DNA of 64,000 bases from a virus (IMGVR_UViG_3300032516_000004:64001-128000); one strand, 5' to 3'. Positions 19,443-30,912 are shown, numbered from the stretch's first letter. Numbers and translations are program-made. The notes: generated from the letters alone by a model not told the origin.

Positions 19443-20632
19443 GGATTGGTAGGGATAAAAATCCTGGTGAGCGTGGGTCCCACGGTGATTTAAGAGATCA
19501 TGAACAGTATCTTAATAGGCCTGAGCGTGGTATCATATCTTCTGTAAATACAGAAGAGGGAAAATTACAAATATTTGGTGACACAATTATAGGTAAAAGG
19601 GACGTCACAGCACCAGTATTATGGTTATCAATCAATGGGCGTCAATCTGCGTGGGGACGATATATGCCGATGGGGAATGAGCGTGTCCACATGGCATATA
19701 GAAATGACAATACAGCAATATTTTATGGATATGACGCAACATTAACTAAAGATGACAGGCCGGGGTGGACTGAGTTATCACAAGCATATAAAGAAAAAAA
19801 TGTGCCTGGTTTCTCAACATTTAAAGTATTAAAACGTGGTGAGTTTGACTTCAAATCGAGTGGCAATGCCTATATATTTGGATCAAACGCCGGAACATTG
19901 CTTCTAGCTGGCGGTCAATCTTTTATTAAGTTAGACGGCCAAGCATACAGAATGGAATCAAAAGCCTCTGAGTTTCACCAGACATCTGATGCCTGTGAGA
20001 CTAGATGTGGAACGATATTTAGAAAACTTAAACCAACTGATTTTTCAGAAGGAGTAGTGAATCCTGGTGGTAAAGAGTTCTTAATTAATCTTAATGACGC
20101 AAACCCAGCCACAGGAGCACCACTAACAGGTCAACCAAAAGCTAAATTACACTTTGGTGATATAGTTAATGATACCACATTGGTAGCTGAAATCGGTGAG
20201 TTTGGTTCTAATTTGAGGGGACTTATTAGTCTAGGCGATTCCACAAGTACCACTGAAATATTTCGATTTGAAGTGGATCAACTTGGCAATGTATCTTGGA
20301 CACAAGGAAACACAGGTACCAGTGGATTCAAAATGCGAGCCCAGGCATTTGATATGGAAGCTACCCAAGACGCCCGATTTAATGGTAATACCATCACATT
20401 AGGTAAAGTCGGGGCTAATGAGCCGCTGGTATGTGGTAATCTGCTAAAGGATACATTCTCACAATTCATTCAACAGGTGTTCATCGCTAACGCTAATTTC
20501 TGGGGAGTGGGAAATTTAGGGAATGCTGTGCCTCTTAATCCAGCGGTTACAGCGTCAATTCAAGCCTGGCTGGCAGCATACGTGTCTAATAATTATTTTA
20601 ATTCTACCAAAGCCAACACTGAAAAGGCATAA
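19439..20632 (+). CDS. Baseplate central spike (gp5/gpV-like OB-fold plus beta-helix)
   Basis: RGIISSVN...WGRYMP.GNERV OB-fold; ITLG...EPLVCGN.L C-terminus. Confidence 0.65.
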   Translation: MRIGRDKNPGERGSHGDLRDHEQYLNRPERGIISSVNTEEGKLQIFGDTIIGKRDVTAPVLWLSINGRQSAWGRYMPMGNERVHMAYRNDNTAIFYGYDATLTKDDRPGWTELSQAYKEKNVPGFSTFKVLKRGEFDFKSSGNAYIFGSNAGTLLLAGGQSFIKLDGQAYRMESKASEFHQTSDACETRCGTIFRKLKPTDFSEGVVNPGGKEFLINLNDANPATGAPLTGQPKAKLHFGDIVNDTTLVAEIGEFGSNLRGLISLGDSTSTTEIFRFEVDQLGNVSWTQGNTGTSGFKMRAQAFDMEATQDARFNGNTITLGKVGANEPLVCGNLLKDTFSQFIQQVFIANANFWGVGNLGNAVPLNPAVTASIQAWLAAYVSNNYFNSTKANTEKA

Positions 20633-20634
20633 CT

Positions 20635-20928
20635 ATGGCAATGAATGGCATAGCGCTAAAGGCAACGGCTAAAACCACGATTTTTAGTAAATTACAAGCC
20701 GAATTTGAACCGGACATCCCCAGTGATTTAGATGTGGCGTCAAAAGCTAAAATACAAGATGCTTGGAATCGAATTGCTGAGGCGGTTTCAGACGCCATGA
20801 TTGATATAGTAACCCACATACAAACTAATGCTCAGGTTACTACCACTGACGTAGTAACTGTTACTACGGTCATGCCTGGTACGGGCACTGCCCCAGGAAC
20901 TGGCACTGGAACAGGAACGGTTGCGTAA
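20635..20928 (+). CDS. Small baseplate/spike-tip-associated protein
   Basis: Follows the spike gene; C-terminal GTGTAPGTGTGTG. Confidence 0.45.
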   Translation: MAMNGIALKATAKTTIFSKLQAEFEPDIPSDLDVASKAKIQDAWNRIAEAVSDAMIDIVTHIQTNAQVTTTDVVTVTTVMPGTGTAPGTGTGTGTVA

Positions 20929-21377
20929 TGGCTGATCTTCACCCATGTGTACGTCAAATACTTTGCGGGCTTTCAGAAGCTATTCTGAATTCATTGCAGG
21001 CCATTATTGATGGACAGATTGCCTTATTACAGGCTCAAATTGTTGCTATTCAAACTCAGTTGCTTCAATATGATATTCTTGCTATTCCCATTGAAACAGC
21101 ACGGGCAGTAGCTCAAACCTATGTTGATAAGGTGCGCGGATCTGCGATGCTGGTTCCACTTAATTTAATATCCGAATGTGTTGATCTTGGTCAATTTAAT
21201 CTTAACTTACAACAGTCGATAGATGCTGCTCTTGCGGTTGCGGATGATCTTACATATGAAGCGACTAGACTATTGAGTTATAGAGATGATTTGAATGCCT
21301 TGGTAACTGAACTCAATGGGGCAATTTCACAATTTACTAATATTAAAAACGTAATTAGTGGGTGTACAGGAGCATAA
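20928..21377 (+). CDS. Hypothetical coiled-coil baseplate-region protein
   Basis: Coupled ORF (TAATG overlap) with heptad pattern. Confidence 0.55.
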   Translation: MADLHPCVRQILCGLSEAILNSLQAIIDGQIALLQAQIVAIQTQLLQYDILAIPIETARAVAQTYVDKVRGSAMLVPLNLISECVDLGQFNLNLQQSIDAALAVADDLTYEATRLLSYRDDLNALVTELNGAISQFTNIKNVISGCTGA

Positions 21378-21378
21378 T

Positions 21379-21822
21379 ATGGCCACAACATTCGAAATAC
21401 AAAATGGTGATGTGATGATTAGTAATATAACTGGTAGGCCAATAATGATCGGAAATGAGTTTGGTGAAAGTGATGTTGGTAAAGCACATGAAAAATGTGT
21501 CCAGGATCTACAAAGAAGTCTGTCAATAGTTAGATTAAGAGATGGGTCTGGAGCTGGAATAAGCGAATTGATTGGAACATTAGAAGGCAGTGGATTTGGA
21601 TCTGTTTCTATTCTTATCAAAAGTCGTGTTAGGAGCATGTTTACGGCGATACAGAATTTACAACGGAAAAGATTGTCAGCTAGACCGTTATTTGAACAGT
21701 TTGCTAATATTACTAATTTAATGGTTACACAAAATACAGATCGTACTTCGTATAGGTTTAGGGTAGATACTAAGACTACTGCTGGTAAGATTATTTCTCA
21801 ATCAGGTCAAATAACGCCTTAG
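21379..21822 (+). CDS. Baseplate wedge / sheath initiator (gp25-like)
   Basis: FEIQNGDVMIS...K..QDL...L; size and position directly before the baseplate J gene. Confidence 0.6.
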   Translation: MATTFEIQNGDVMISNITGRPIMIGNEFGESDVGKAHEKCVQDLQRSLSIVRLRDGSGAGISELIGTLEGSGFGSVSILIKSRVRSMFTAIQNLQRKRLSARPLFEQFANITNLMVTQNTDRTSYRFRVDTKTTAGKIISQSGQITP

Positions 21823-21830
21823 GAAATACG

Positions 21831-23255
21831 ATGCCAATCCCAAAAATCACAGCAGATCAGTTTACTACAAACCTAAATTTAGGTATTCAAAATAGAGATG
21901 CTGGTGCCGATGTTGAAATTGGTCCCATTCCGGATATAGTTATTCAACCAACTGCCCAGGTGTTGGAAAACCAAAATGATAGAATTAGACAAGTATCACA
22001 GCTAATATTATTGGATCAATCAGCAACATTTACCGACACTGACGTTGATGATTTTGTGTTTAATGAAGATATGCTTAGAAATACCGGTGGTAGATCCACT
22101 AGTACAGTAACATTTTCTCGAGCAACTATTCCTACAATAGATATTCCTGTACAACGTGGTTTTCCAATCGCAACAATGCCAGATGAAGCTACTGGTCAAA
22201 CGGTTGTGTTTGTTACCACCGAACAAAAGACTATGGTAGCGGCACAAGCCGCGTCATATTTTAATATAACAACTGGACGATACGAACTTGAAGTAGCGGT
22301 TCAAGCCACAATCTCTGGTAAAATTGGAGAAGTTGGTCCAAATAGAATTAATAGACCTCTTAGACCTTTGGCCGGATTTGATACCGTTACAAATGTTGGT
22401 AGAACGTCTACTGTCGTAGACCGAGAAATTAATGATAGATTAATTGAACGATATAAGATTGCAATACAAGGAACACAGCTAGCCACCAACAAGGGATTAA
22501 GATTATTTATTGTAAGTCAATATATAGATGTTGGTGGCGTATTAATAATTAATTCTGGTGATCCACTGGTAACTAGAACTGGTACTAGTGGAAATGCAGT
22601 TGACGTATTTATTACTGGATCACAGGCGTCATCAAGAGTAGATAACCAGATATTTTTAGGTGTGGGACAACTAATAATTTTAGATCATCAACCTGTTACA
22701 CAAGTTGTTAGTGTTATTAACCCAATCGGACCAGTAACATATGTAGTGGGTACTGATTATGAGATTGTTTCAGACACCAGCGGTGTATCTGGAAGTAATC
22801 AGGCTCAAGATGCCATTAGATTTATTCCTGGCGGTACATTCCCAGCCGTTGGAGACACAATACAAATAACTTATACACAAAACAGTCTGGTGGACACAAT
22901 CCAAAATGATTTCACTGATCCAGATCGTATTGTTGGCGGTCAGGATATCTTAATTAGAACTGGCACACAAATAGACATCACTTTAGCTGCCAGGTTAATT
23001 GTCTTGGGTGGGTTCTCGTGGTCTACGGTCGCCACGGCAGTAACAAACGCTATTTTAAATTGGATTAATGCCCTATCTCTTGATGCGGACGTAGAACAAA
23101 GTGATATTCAAGGAGAGGTAAGAAATATATCTGGTGTTGATAATTTCATCTTTACAAAACTTGATGTAAAACCTGGCACAGGTAATGCCGATGTTGTGGT
23201 TGGCAAAAATGAATTTGCCAGAATAGATGTTACCGACATTGCATTAACAACATGA
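21831..23255 (+). CDS. Baseplate J-like wedge protein
   Basis: STSTVTFSR...VQRGFPIAT...VQATISGKIGEVGPNRI...E.NDRLIERY...GNAVDVFI...VEQSDI..EVRNISGVD. Confidence 0.85.
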   Translation: MPIPKITADQFTTNLNLGIQNRDAGADVEIGPIPDIVIQPTAQVLENQNDRIRQVSQLILLDQSATFTDTDVDDFVFNEDMLRNTGGRSTSTVTFSRATIPTIDIPVQRGFPIATMPDEATGQTVVFVTTEQKTMVAAQAASYFNITTGRYELEVAVQATISGKIGEVGPNRINRPLRPLAGFDTVTNVGRTSTVVDREINDRLIERYKIAIQGTQLATNKGLRLFIVSQYIDVGGVLIINSGDPLVTRTGTSGNAVDVFITGSQASSRVDNQIFLGVGQLIILDHQPVTQVVSVINPIGPVTYVVGTDYEIVSDTSGVSGSNQAQDAIRFIPGGTFPAVGDTIQITYTQNSLVDTIQNDFTDPDRIVGGQDILIRTGTQIDITLAARLIVLGGFSWSTVATAVTNAILNWINALSLDADVEQSDIQGEVRNISGVDNFIFTKLDVKPGTGNADVVVGKNEFARIDVTDIALTT

Positions 23256-26200
23256 CGATAAAACTAACATTAAATACACCAGAAGACGGTGACCGTTTCA
23301 ATCAACTAACTAGTCTGATTCCGGGTGGTACATTTTACGCGTCTAGTGGGTTAGTAATTCCATTTAGAAGTGCACCAACACCATTTACTCTTGAAACATC
23401 ATTTTCAAACACTAGATTTTTAGTATTGGTCAATGGTGCTCAGACAACATTTATTACAACAGATGGGTCTGGTAACGCGAGTTTTGGTATACAGCTACCA
23501 CTTGGTGACTGTACAATAGAAATTCAAAGGGAATTTAGTACCGACAACGTACTTGCGTATTGTACGACTCGAATATACGGCGATTGGTTGGCAGCGATTG
23601 GAGATCAATTAAAGGTAATCGACGACTACACAGAAGACACACTAGATGCATTTTATTTGGCCAAAGCAAAGTCTACTGACATAGATTTGGCACACGGGGT
23701 ACCACTTAATACCGCCAACGAATCTGGTGCTGAATTAGAGGCATATCGAAACATGCTTCAAATGATTCACCAGGCACTACGCCAATACGTTGGTATGGAA
23801 GCTGGGAAATTTGAAGCAATAGCGGCAATCACAGGTGTCGATCCGCTTATTTTTTATCGATATAAAGATGGTAAAAGATGGATCCTTGGGTATGATTATC
23901 TATATGGGTATGGTCGAAGAATTGTAGATTGTACTAGAATTCCGTCAGGAACATTACCAAATATTAATGTGAATGGCCAATTTATAACGCTAAAATCTGC
24001 TGACAATTTTACGCTACCTGGAACGGGCTCGTTATATTATTATCAAAAATTTAAACGATTAAAGTGGCAACCACCAGCCGGTACAGCATGGCCACTATTA
24101 ATGGAAATGGAACCATTATTAGCTGATGGCACATATTCATTGCAAACCGCTAGAACAATGGCTGTTCTTGAGTCATTACATTTTCCTAAAAACTGGGTAG
24201 CTGGCACATATGATCATCTCCATCTTAATATAGATGGTATTGGTGTCGTAGATATAAATTTTGATCTTACTACCGGAATCGCATACGATGTAGTTATTAA
24301 TTCATTTTTTAGTGCAAATACGGCCTATCACTATAAGCGCGTTGTTGAAGTTCAACCAGCCGGACAATTAGCTGGTTTACTTGAAATATATAATATTAGC
24401 GATGGTGATTATACTAACAATACAGGAAGTATTATAGTTGATGCGTCTGGTAATGTGGGATATAAAGATCCTCTAAATATCGTACCTGGCACATTTGTTT
24501 CTGTAACACCTGGAAGTACAGCCAGATTGGTATCAGCAACCAGTAAATATTGGGTGGATGTACTTATTAATTATGGTGGTCTGGGCATAAATAAGTCTGA
24601 CACATTTATTGCAAAACAACGATACTTTAGGGCTGCTAACTTTGGTGTTGCGACACTAGTGGCAAACGACCAAGTAAAACTTTGGTCAAATACTGAATGG
24701 CCAATCCAGGGATTAAGTAATATTAAGGTGATGGATGGGCCATGTAATTTTGCCAGCATATTGTATGGTTTTCCTAGAAATAAGGCTACGCTATCTGCTG
24801 TGGTTTCATCTGGACAAACATCCATACAAGTGCCTAATGGAACGTGGAATCAGTTCCACGACACACAGATACCATTTGATGTAATGGTCGGTTACGGACC
24901 AAAGGCATTAGTGGCTGGTACGTACGCAATAACAGTGGCCGTAGCGAATGCAGATCAAGCAACCATAACCACTAGCGTTCCATTCTTTGCTGTTGGTGAT
25001 ACACATGTGAATGTATATGGTTTAACACTTGGACAGACCCAATTAATGGGTGCTCATGAAATTGTTCAAATTATTAGTAACACGGTTGCAATAGTTAAGT
25101 ATAAGGGCTGTGGCGCGTCTGATTTTGTTGGTGGTTCATTAAATGGCGCTGTTATTGTGGTGGGGATAGATCCAAAATCATTGTATGGGATTGGAACAAT
25201 TGAACATCAATTAATTGCTGGTTTCGACTATCTAAGATTCAAGGGGGTAGGCGAAGCAGTATATGGAGCATCACAGTTAGTAAATGGTCTTGGTGATTCA
25301 TTCTATCGTTTATTTGCTAACTCTGGTGTGTATGTTGACGTTATATCACGCGGTCCATCACTTCCAGCTGTACCACTAACAGTAGACACATTCAATATTG
25401 GCAAATTTTATAATCGGGCCGGAATTAATTTAAATAATTTGGTTAAATGGTCCATGGGCGAGAAAGTAACAGTTACTAGTGTAACACCTGGAGCCCCCGA
25501 AATATTCAATTTAAATCGACAAATTACTGGAAATTATGAAACCACACAATCAGTATATCTTATTAATGATAAATGGCCATATATAACAGAGGGTGTTGAC
25601 ACATTTGGAAACCTAGATGTTGAGGCTGACATAAGCCTTGTTCCAGCGGCAGATAAAAATGATAGTGTTACAATCAATGGGTCAACACTGCCAGATGGCT
25701 GGCAGTATACCGGCTCTGGTTCACCGACCTATGGAATTAGTAACGACGCGATGCTGGCTGAGTCTTCATTATATAACGACACTAATAGTATAGATGCGTC
25801 ATTCGTAATCGACATACCACTTAAAGATTCAATGCTAGGATATCAGCATGAAATAGATGTTTGGGTTAGGAATCTAGCTTTAAGCGAGTTTAATACTCAA
25901 GAATTTAAGATAGGGTCAAATTTTGGTTTTGGGTGGACAGAAACTACTTATACATTGACTGTTCCTGATTCTAATAGATTTAAGCCTATGTTCATGTACC
26001 ATAGGCCAATCGTTCCTCATAATGCTACACAATTTCAAGTTAGGATTAGACGAACCACAAACGCCACACCCAATAAATTTATTATTGATTATGTATTGGT
26101 TAGGAAGAGATATTTTGATGGATTATTTCTTGGTGACGGCACGATACCACGTTCTCCCGGTAGGGAAACCTATAGCGAATTAATGTGTGTCTGGTCACCA

Positions 26201-27235
26201 GATGTCTTGACTAATACAGAGATGCAATTAATAGGTCTAAATGATACTATACGTCGTGCTGGTACACCGGCAGACGGTAAAATTTTAGATACCAGCAATG
26301 CTATGGAGTTAACTGACGCATTTGATGTTTCAGAAATAAGTGGCCCAAATGTTCTTAATGTTCTTGGTGCCATTAAAGGTGGCTGGTCTGGGGCTAGTTT
26401 AGTAAATATGCAGCTAATAACTAGGTCTCCAACTAGATTCAATCACGTTGTTCCAACGCTTCCTAATATGATTTATGGTGAAATATTAACATTTACTGGT
26501 TCTCCACCATACCAGGCCAATTTAGCTCATACTAGTGATAGTGACCAAACGGTCATGATCCTTTACGAAAATGGTGTGCCGGTTCCTCAAGATCAATGGC
26601 AAGTAAATTCGTCGACTCAAATTCAGGTAAATACCGGGTTTAACACATCAGCGGTATATACACTAGACTATCAACTATTAATAATGGCAACCTCCCCGGT
26701 AATAGATCTTGTTGGTGCTGGAAGTAGTTCAACATATTGGTTTGCTGATGTTGTTGTGTGGAATAGACATACAAGTGATATAACAACATACCGTGAAAAC
26801 ATATCGATTATATTTGGTGCTGATTTTACGGCCACATTATCACAAAGATCTGATCAAAACAAATTGTTATCAGTGCTGACTGAAGACACTGGGATAACAA
26901 AACGAACTATACCCACAATAAATTGGGATTATATCGACTCTAACAATATCCGTATTAACGGGTCAGAGTTTAATGCTAACGCAATTTATACATTTGAATA
27001 TAATGCAAGAATTCTTGATTTATTTAGGGCCGCAACCATAACGCGTGAAATTAGAAGTGGAGCCACAAATCCACCAGTAACAGCATATACCGCATTTGAT
27101 ATAAATGATATGATAGATAGTACGTTGCGATATCATCAAATTCGTGTTAAAATTACCAATATAAAGGATGTTAGAGACGTACGTATTCACAGCATGGTGC
27201 TCAAAGGATTGGTATTCCCGTCACCGGGATTTTAG
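23252..27235 (+). CDS. Large baseplate wedge / fibre-attachment protein
   Basis: Follows baseplate J; ELEAYRNML...EAIAAITGVDP wedge-type motif, then many beta domains. Confidence 0.6.
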   Translation: MTIKLTLNTPEDGDRFNQLTSLIPGGTFYASSGLVIPFRSAPTPFTLETSFSNTRFLVLVNGAQTTFITTDGSGNASFGIQLPLGDCTIEIQREFSTDNVLAYCTTRIYGDWLAAIGDQLKVIDDYTEDTLDAFYLAKAKSTDIDLAHGVPLNTANESGAELEAYRNMLQMIHQALRQYVGMEAGKFEAIAAITGVDPLIFYRYKDGKRWILGYDYLYGYGRRIVDCTRIPSGTLPNINVNGQFITLKSADNFTLPGTGSLYYYQKFKRLKWQPPAGTAWPLLMEMEPLLADGTYSLQTARTMAVLESLHFPKNWVAGTYDHLHLNIDGIGVVDINFDLTTGIAYDVVINSFFSANTAYHYKRVVEVQPAGQLAGLLEIYNISDGDYTNNTGSIIVDASGNVGYKDPLNIVPGTFVSVTPGSTARLVSATSKYWVDVLINYGGLGINKSDTFIAKQRYFRAANFGVATLVANDQVKLWSNTEWPIQGLSNIKVMDGPCNFASILYGFPRNKATLSAVVSSGQTSIQVPNGTWNQFHDTQIPFDVMVGYGPKALVAGTYAITVAVANADQATITTSVPFFAVGDTHVNVYGLTLGQTQLMGAHEIVQIISNTVAIVKYKGCGASDFVGGSLNGAVIVVGIDPKSLYGIGTIEHQLIAGFDYLRFKGVGEAVYGASQLVNGLGDSFYRLFANSGVYVDVISRGPSLPAVPLTVDTFNIGKFYNRAGINLNNLVKWSMGEKVTVTSVTPGAPEIFNLNRQITGNYETTQSVYLINDKWPYITEGVDTFGNLDVEADISLVPAADKNDSVTINGSTLPDGWQYTGSGSPTYGISNDAMLAESSLYNDTNSIDASFVIDIPLKDSMLGYQHEIDVWVRNLALSEFNTQEFKIGSNFGFGWTETTYTLTVPDSNRFKPMFMYHRPIVPHNATQFQVRIRRTTNATPNKFIIDYVLVRKRYFDGLFLGDGTIPRSPGRETYSELMCVWSPDVLTNTEMQLIGLNDTIRRAGTPADGKILDTSNAMELTDAFDVSEISGPNVLNVLGAIKGGWSGASLVNMQLITRSPTRFNHVVPTLPNMIYGEILTFTGSPPYQANLAHTSDSDQTVMILYENGVPVPQDQWQVNSSTQIQVNTGFNTSAVYTLDYQLLIMATSPVIDLVGAGSSSTYWFADVVVWNRHTSDITTYRENISIIFGADFTATLSQRSDQNKLLSVLTEDTGITKRTIPTINWDYIDSNNIRINGSEFNANAIYTFEYNARILDLFRAATITREIRSGATNPPVTAYTAFDINDMIDSTLRYHQIRVKITNIKDVRDVRIHSMVLKGLVFPSPGF

Positions 27236-27244
27236 AGGTTGATT

Positions 27245-30200
27245 ATGGATCATAGCATTTATACTGATGGTGTGGTTGTTGGTCAGGTTGATCTTGAACG
27301 AACCGAGACCACCAAGAAATTTCATATAAATCAACGTCACGACGACGCATCTGTTTTAGGTGTCACCTCTGGACAGGTAACTGTAAACACACTTAATAAT
27401 ACTTTAATTGATATTAGTGCATTTACGGGATATACACCGAACGGTGAATATATTGAGTCAACCACTGCTGAAACCGCTAGACAGCTAGCTGACTATACAA
27501 ACGGCACCATTAATTATGTGTTGGGGATGTATACTGAAACCAATACGCTATTAAAACCACATGAAACTAATGGAAATAGTTACCCGACAGCCGCAGCTAG
27601 AAGTTATCGAATTGTAATTGTCACTGAAGCACAATACAACGCACTACCAACCACAGATGACAACTTAAACAATAACGCTAAAGATCGTGCACTTATTATT
27701 GGTAAAGTTACTGCTCGAGGAGTTGGTGTAGCGCTAACTAGTTCAGACATTACAAATGCTACTACGTTCGGAAGTGCGATCTCAGCAGTTAAAACGTCAA
27801 ACATTGCTGGTGTGCAAATTTACAATGTTGACAGAACCACCATGGCGGGTACGGGTTCTTTAAGTTATGCGGCTGGTGGTCAACAGCTCACCTGGAAATC
27901 ACCAGATCCGCTTGATACTTATGGAGCAGCAGTAACAGTTTCAACCAGTGGTATATATGAAGTTAAAAGTGGAACATTTCTTAAATCACTCTATGTTATT
28001 GTAACAAGCCCATCTTTGCCTGGAACTAATCAAACAGACACTGTTACTATCACAAACATTTATTCACAAAGTGTGTCTCGATATACCGCAGAAGATATTC
28101 ACCATAGGTCTCTAATTGGTAGTGGTATTCCAACTACTCTTAATCCCCACGGCTTAACCATAGAAGATCTTGGAGTCTCATCGGGCATTGTTGAAATACA
28201 CCAAGACTTATTTCATAGCAATGGTGTTCTTAGAACGTCTGCCACCAATTTATTTACACTATCAGTAAATACCACGGCACCACATTCATTAAATGTTGTG
28301 GCCCCCATTTCTGGAGACGCGTTCTATCTTAATGGTCGAGAACACAATCTATTGGCAAGCTCAAATATACAGTTTGGCGGGGCATTGCCCAATTATCAGT
28401 CACTATATGATATATATGTTCTTGAAGGATCTAACAAAATTGCGACATTGGAAAAGAAAGAGCGAGCAAGATATGCGACCACGCCACCACCCGCGATGGC
28501 AACATATGTTCAATTACGAAACATAGATAGAAGATTTGCTAGAACATCTGACGCCACGGTTAAAATTAAATTTGATACTGCGGTTGATAAGATCTATTTT
28601 GATTCCACGGGAACTGGTGGTAGTTATGGTATTGGTGTTGCGGTTCCTGGGGCCGGTAATTCAACGATTAGAGTATTCGATAGTACTGAAGAATACTATA
28701 TTGATCTACACGTAAATTCTACAATAGCCGCACAAGCTAACATGGAAGAAATTGTAACTGTATATAAAATAATTTCTTCCACAGAGACATACCATGTTTT
28801 CATGGAGCCAAGAATACATGCTGGTACCATTATGTATTCCGGTACTGCGTCTGCGTTCTTAGGTAATGGTTTTGCCCTTGGATACAATTCACCAAATAAC
28901 CCATATAACTACCGTAGAATTTTTGGTATTACAGGACCAGACGATATTAGAGATGACGGTGGAACATTTGAAGATACTGTTGACACTATACCAGAAACTA
29001 GTCCGGCACTCTATACTAATAAATGGGTTGGTATTGGACTTGGTGCTAGATACCCACTATCACAACTACATCTTAGTAATTTAAATGGGTCTGTGGCGTT
29101 TACCATAGTTAGTAAACCTGCAAGTCTTGCCTACATAAATTTTCGAGATGGACGTAATGGTGATTATTGGGCGGTTGGGAAAGGCACTGATAATCGTTTT
29201 TATGTTTGGGATACTGTTAGAAATACTAATGTAATTCGTATAACTTCTAATGGTAACATGAATTTAATGGAATCTATCGGATCTGGTGCCGCTGCTAATA
29301 TAGCAATCGGCACAACAGTTCATTCAGCCTCAGCCCTTACACTTCAAGATAACACAAACCCCACGTCTGATTATCAACGTGTAGTTCAAATATTCACACC
29401 CAACGTTGCTAATACCCACCATCAATTATTTCAATTTGGGAAAGCTGATAGTGCGGGTAATTGTGCCGAAATGATGTATTACCATGCCGCAGATGGTAGT
29501 ACTGCTAATAGTTTTATACTAGGAGTGCAAGGAAGTCAAATTGTTAACATTACTAAACGCGGCACGCTTTGTCTTTGTAGTATTGTTGATAACACAGCAT
29601 ATGGTGTTTTTGGGAGTAATAGTGGAACTGGATATGGAGTAATCGCAGAGGCACAATCAACCGTTAGATCATCATTGCGAATCGTACCACAAAGCTCGGC
29701 ACCTAATGGACAACGAGGCGATATTTGTATACTTAATAATAGTGGAAGAGAAATAATATATAATGGGGTTGAGTGGTGTGGTACTGTAGGTTGTCCATTT
29801 TCTCATTTGTCTATTTTAGATAGCGTTACTGTTAATAACTCTTCCAACATTTTCAGTCAATCTTATACCATCCCCGCAGCCACACTAAATACAGGATCAA
29901 CGATTAGAATAAAAGCATCATGCATTATCACGGCTGCTGCTGGCTCTCCGACGTGGTTTTGGATTTCTATTAATGTTGGTGGAAATGTATATGTGGTCGC
30001 CATTACACCACAAAAAGCAGCGGCAGTTAATGACATGGCTGATTTAACAGCATGTGTGGTGATAAAGACTATGACCGCAATTTCTGTTGGGGGTATTGGG
30101 GCTATTGGTGGCCCACCAGCAGGAGTACCATTAATATCACCAGCAGGTTCGATTGCTCCATATTCTAATACATTTAACCCGACCCTCAATTTAAACGTCA

Positions 30201-30298
30201 ATACTGTTATTATTAATGTTTGGATGGGAAGTGCTCCTGCGGGCGCTGGCGTGACTGGAAGATTAGACACATTAACAGTAGACATTAGTGAGTCTTAG
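27245..30298 (+). CDS. Tail fibre / baseplate-associated receptor-binding protein
   Basis: Fibre-like motifs (VGIGLGARYPLSQLHL, IAIGTTVHSASAL); C-terminal beta domain. Confidence 0.6.
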   Translation: MDHSIYTDGVVVGQVDLERTETTKKFHINQRHDDASVLGVTSGQVTVNTLNNTLIDISAFTGYTPNGEYIESTTAETARQLADYTNGTINYVLGMYTETNTLLKPHETNGNSYPTAAARSYRIVIVTEAQYNALPTTDDNLNNNAKDRALIIGKVTARGVGVALTSSDITNATTFGSAISAVKTSNIAGVQIYNVDRTTMAGTGSLSYAAGGQQLTWKSPDPLDTYGAAVTVSTSGIYEVKSGTFLKSLYVIVTSPSLPGTNQTDTVTITNIYSQSVSRYTAEDIHHRSLIGSGIPTTLNPHGLTIEDLGVSSGIVEIHQDLFHSNGVLRTSATNLFTLSVNTTAPHSLNVVAPISGDAFYLNGREHNLLASSNIQFGGALPNYQSLYDIYVLEGSNKIATLEKKERARYATTPPPAMATYVQLRNIDRRFARTSDATVKIKFDTAVDKIYFDSTGTGGSYGIGVAVPGAGNSTIRVFDSTEEYYIDLHVNSTIAAQANMEEIVTVYKIISSTETYHVFMEPRIHAGTIMYSGTASAFLGNGFALGYNSPNNPYNYRRIFGITGPDDIRDDGGTFEDTVDTIPETSPALYTNKWVGIGLGARYPLSQLHLSNLNGSVAFTIVSKPASLAYINFRDGRNGDYWAVGKGTDNRFYVWDTVRNTNVIRITSNGNMNLMESIGSGAAANIAIGTTVHSASALTLQDNTNPTSDYQRVVQIFTPNVANTHHQLFQFGKADSAGNCAEMMYYHAADGSTANSFILGVQGSQIVNITKRGTLCLCSIVDNTAYGVFGSNSGTGYGVIAEAQSTVRSSLRIVPQSSAPNGQRGDICILNNSGREIIYNGVEWCGTVGCPFSHLSILDSVTVNNSSNIFSQSYTIPAATLNTGSTIRIKASCIITAAAGSPTWFWISINVGGNVYVVAITPQKAAAVNDMADLTACVVIKTMTAISVGGIGAIGGPPAGVPLISPAGSIAPYSNTFNPTLNLNVNTVIINVWMGSAPAGAGVTGRLDTLTVDISES

Positions 30299-30319
30299 CA
30301 AATATCTAAGGAGAACGAC

Positions 30320-30664
30320 ATGCCGATTCAATTAACGACAGCACTTCAAACAGGTGTAATTGATCCAAGTGGTCCATACACACAGGTAAAAATTATTACA
30401 TTTACACTTAATACTATTAGAAAATTCATTGAGGTTAATTGTCAGTATGGTAATACGGTAAATAATGAGTGGGTTCCCGGCATAGCTACTGGGTCAGCAT
30501 CAAACCAGACACTTATCATTCAAGACAGTGGTGAAGCAACAGATTATACTGATATGATAACCGCCGAGTCAGCCGCTGAAGGCGAAGTATACTACGATAA
30601 AGTTAAAGAAATACTTTATCAATGGTTAATAGATAATGAATATTACGACGGTACTATTGTATAA
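30320..30664 (+). CDS. Hypothetical protein (possible fibre assembly chaperone)
   Basis: AAGGAG RBS; small acidic ORF after the fibre gene. Confidence 0.6.
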   Translation: MPIQLTTALQTGVIDPSGPYTQVKIITFTLNTIRKFIEVNCQYGNTVNNEWVPGIATGSASNQTLIIQDSGEATDYTDMITAESAAEGEVYYDKVKEILYQWLIDNEYYDGTIV

Positions 30665-30687
30665 GTATACTTTGATAGGAGTGTCTC

Positions 30688-30912
30688 ATGCAAGATGGTT
30701 CGTCACCAGACAAAGTTATGTTGAGCCCAGTTGAGCTTCTTGAACTAAAGAACATCCAATTACAAAAGAAAATATGTAATATGGAAATGGACAAGGTGAT
30801 GATACAGGAAAGAGTATTTACGGCCAAAGTAAATGAACGGGCACAAATTGACTTGAAAATGTACGCGATTGATATTGAAACCGGTGAGTGTGTACTAAGG
30901 AAAGCTGACTAA
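30688..30912 (+). CDS. Small hypothetical coiled-coil protein
   Basis: AGGAG RBS; TAATG coupling to the amidase. Confidence 0.55.
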   Translation: MQDGSSPDKVMLSPVELLELKNIQLQKKICNMEMDKVMIQERVFTAKVNERAQIDLKMYAIDIETGECVLRKAD

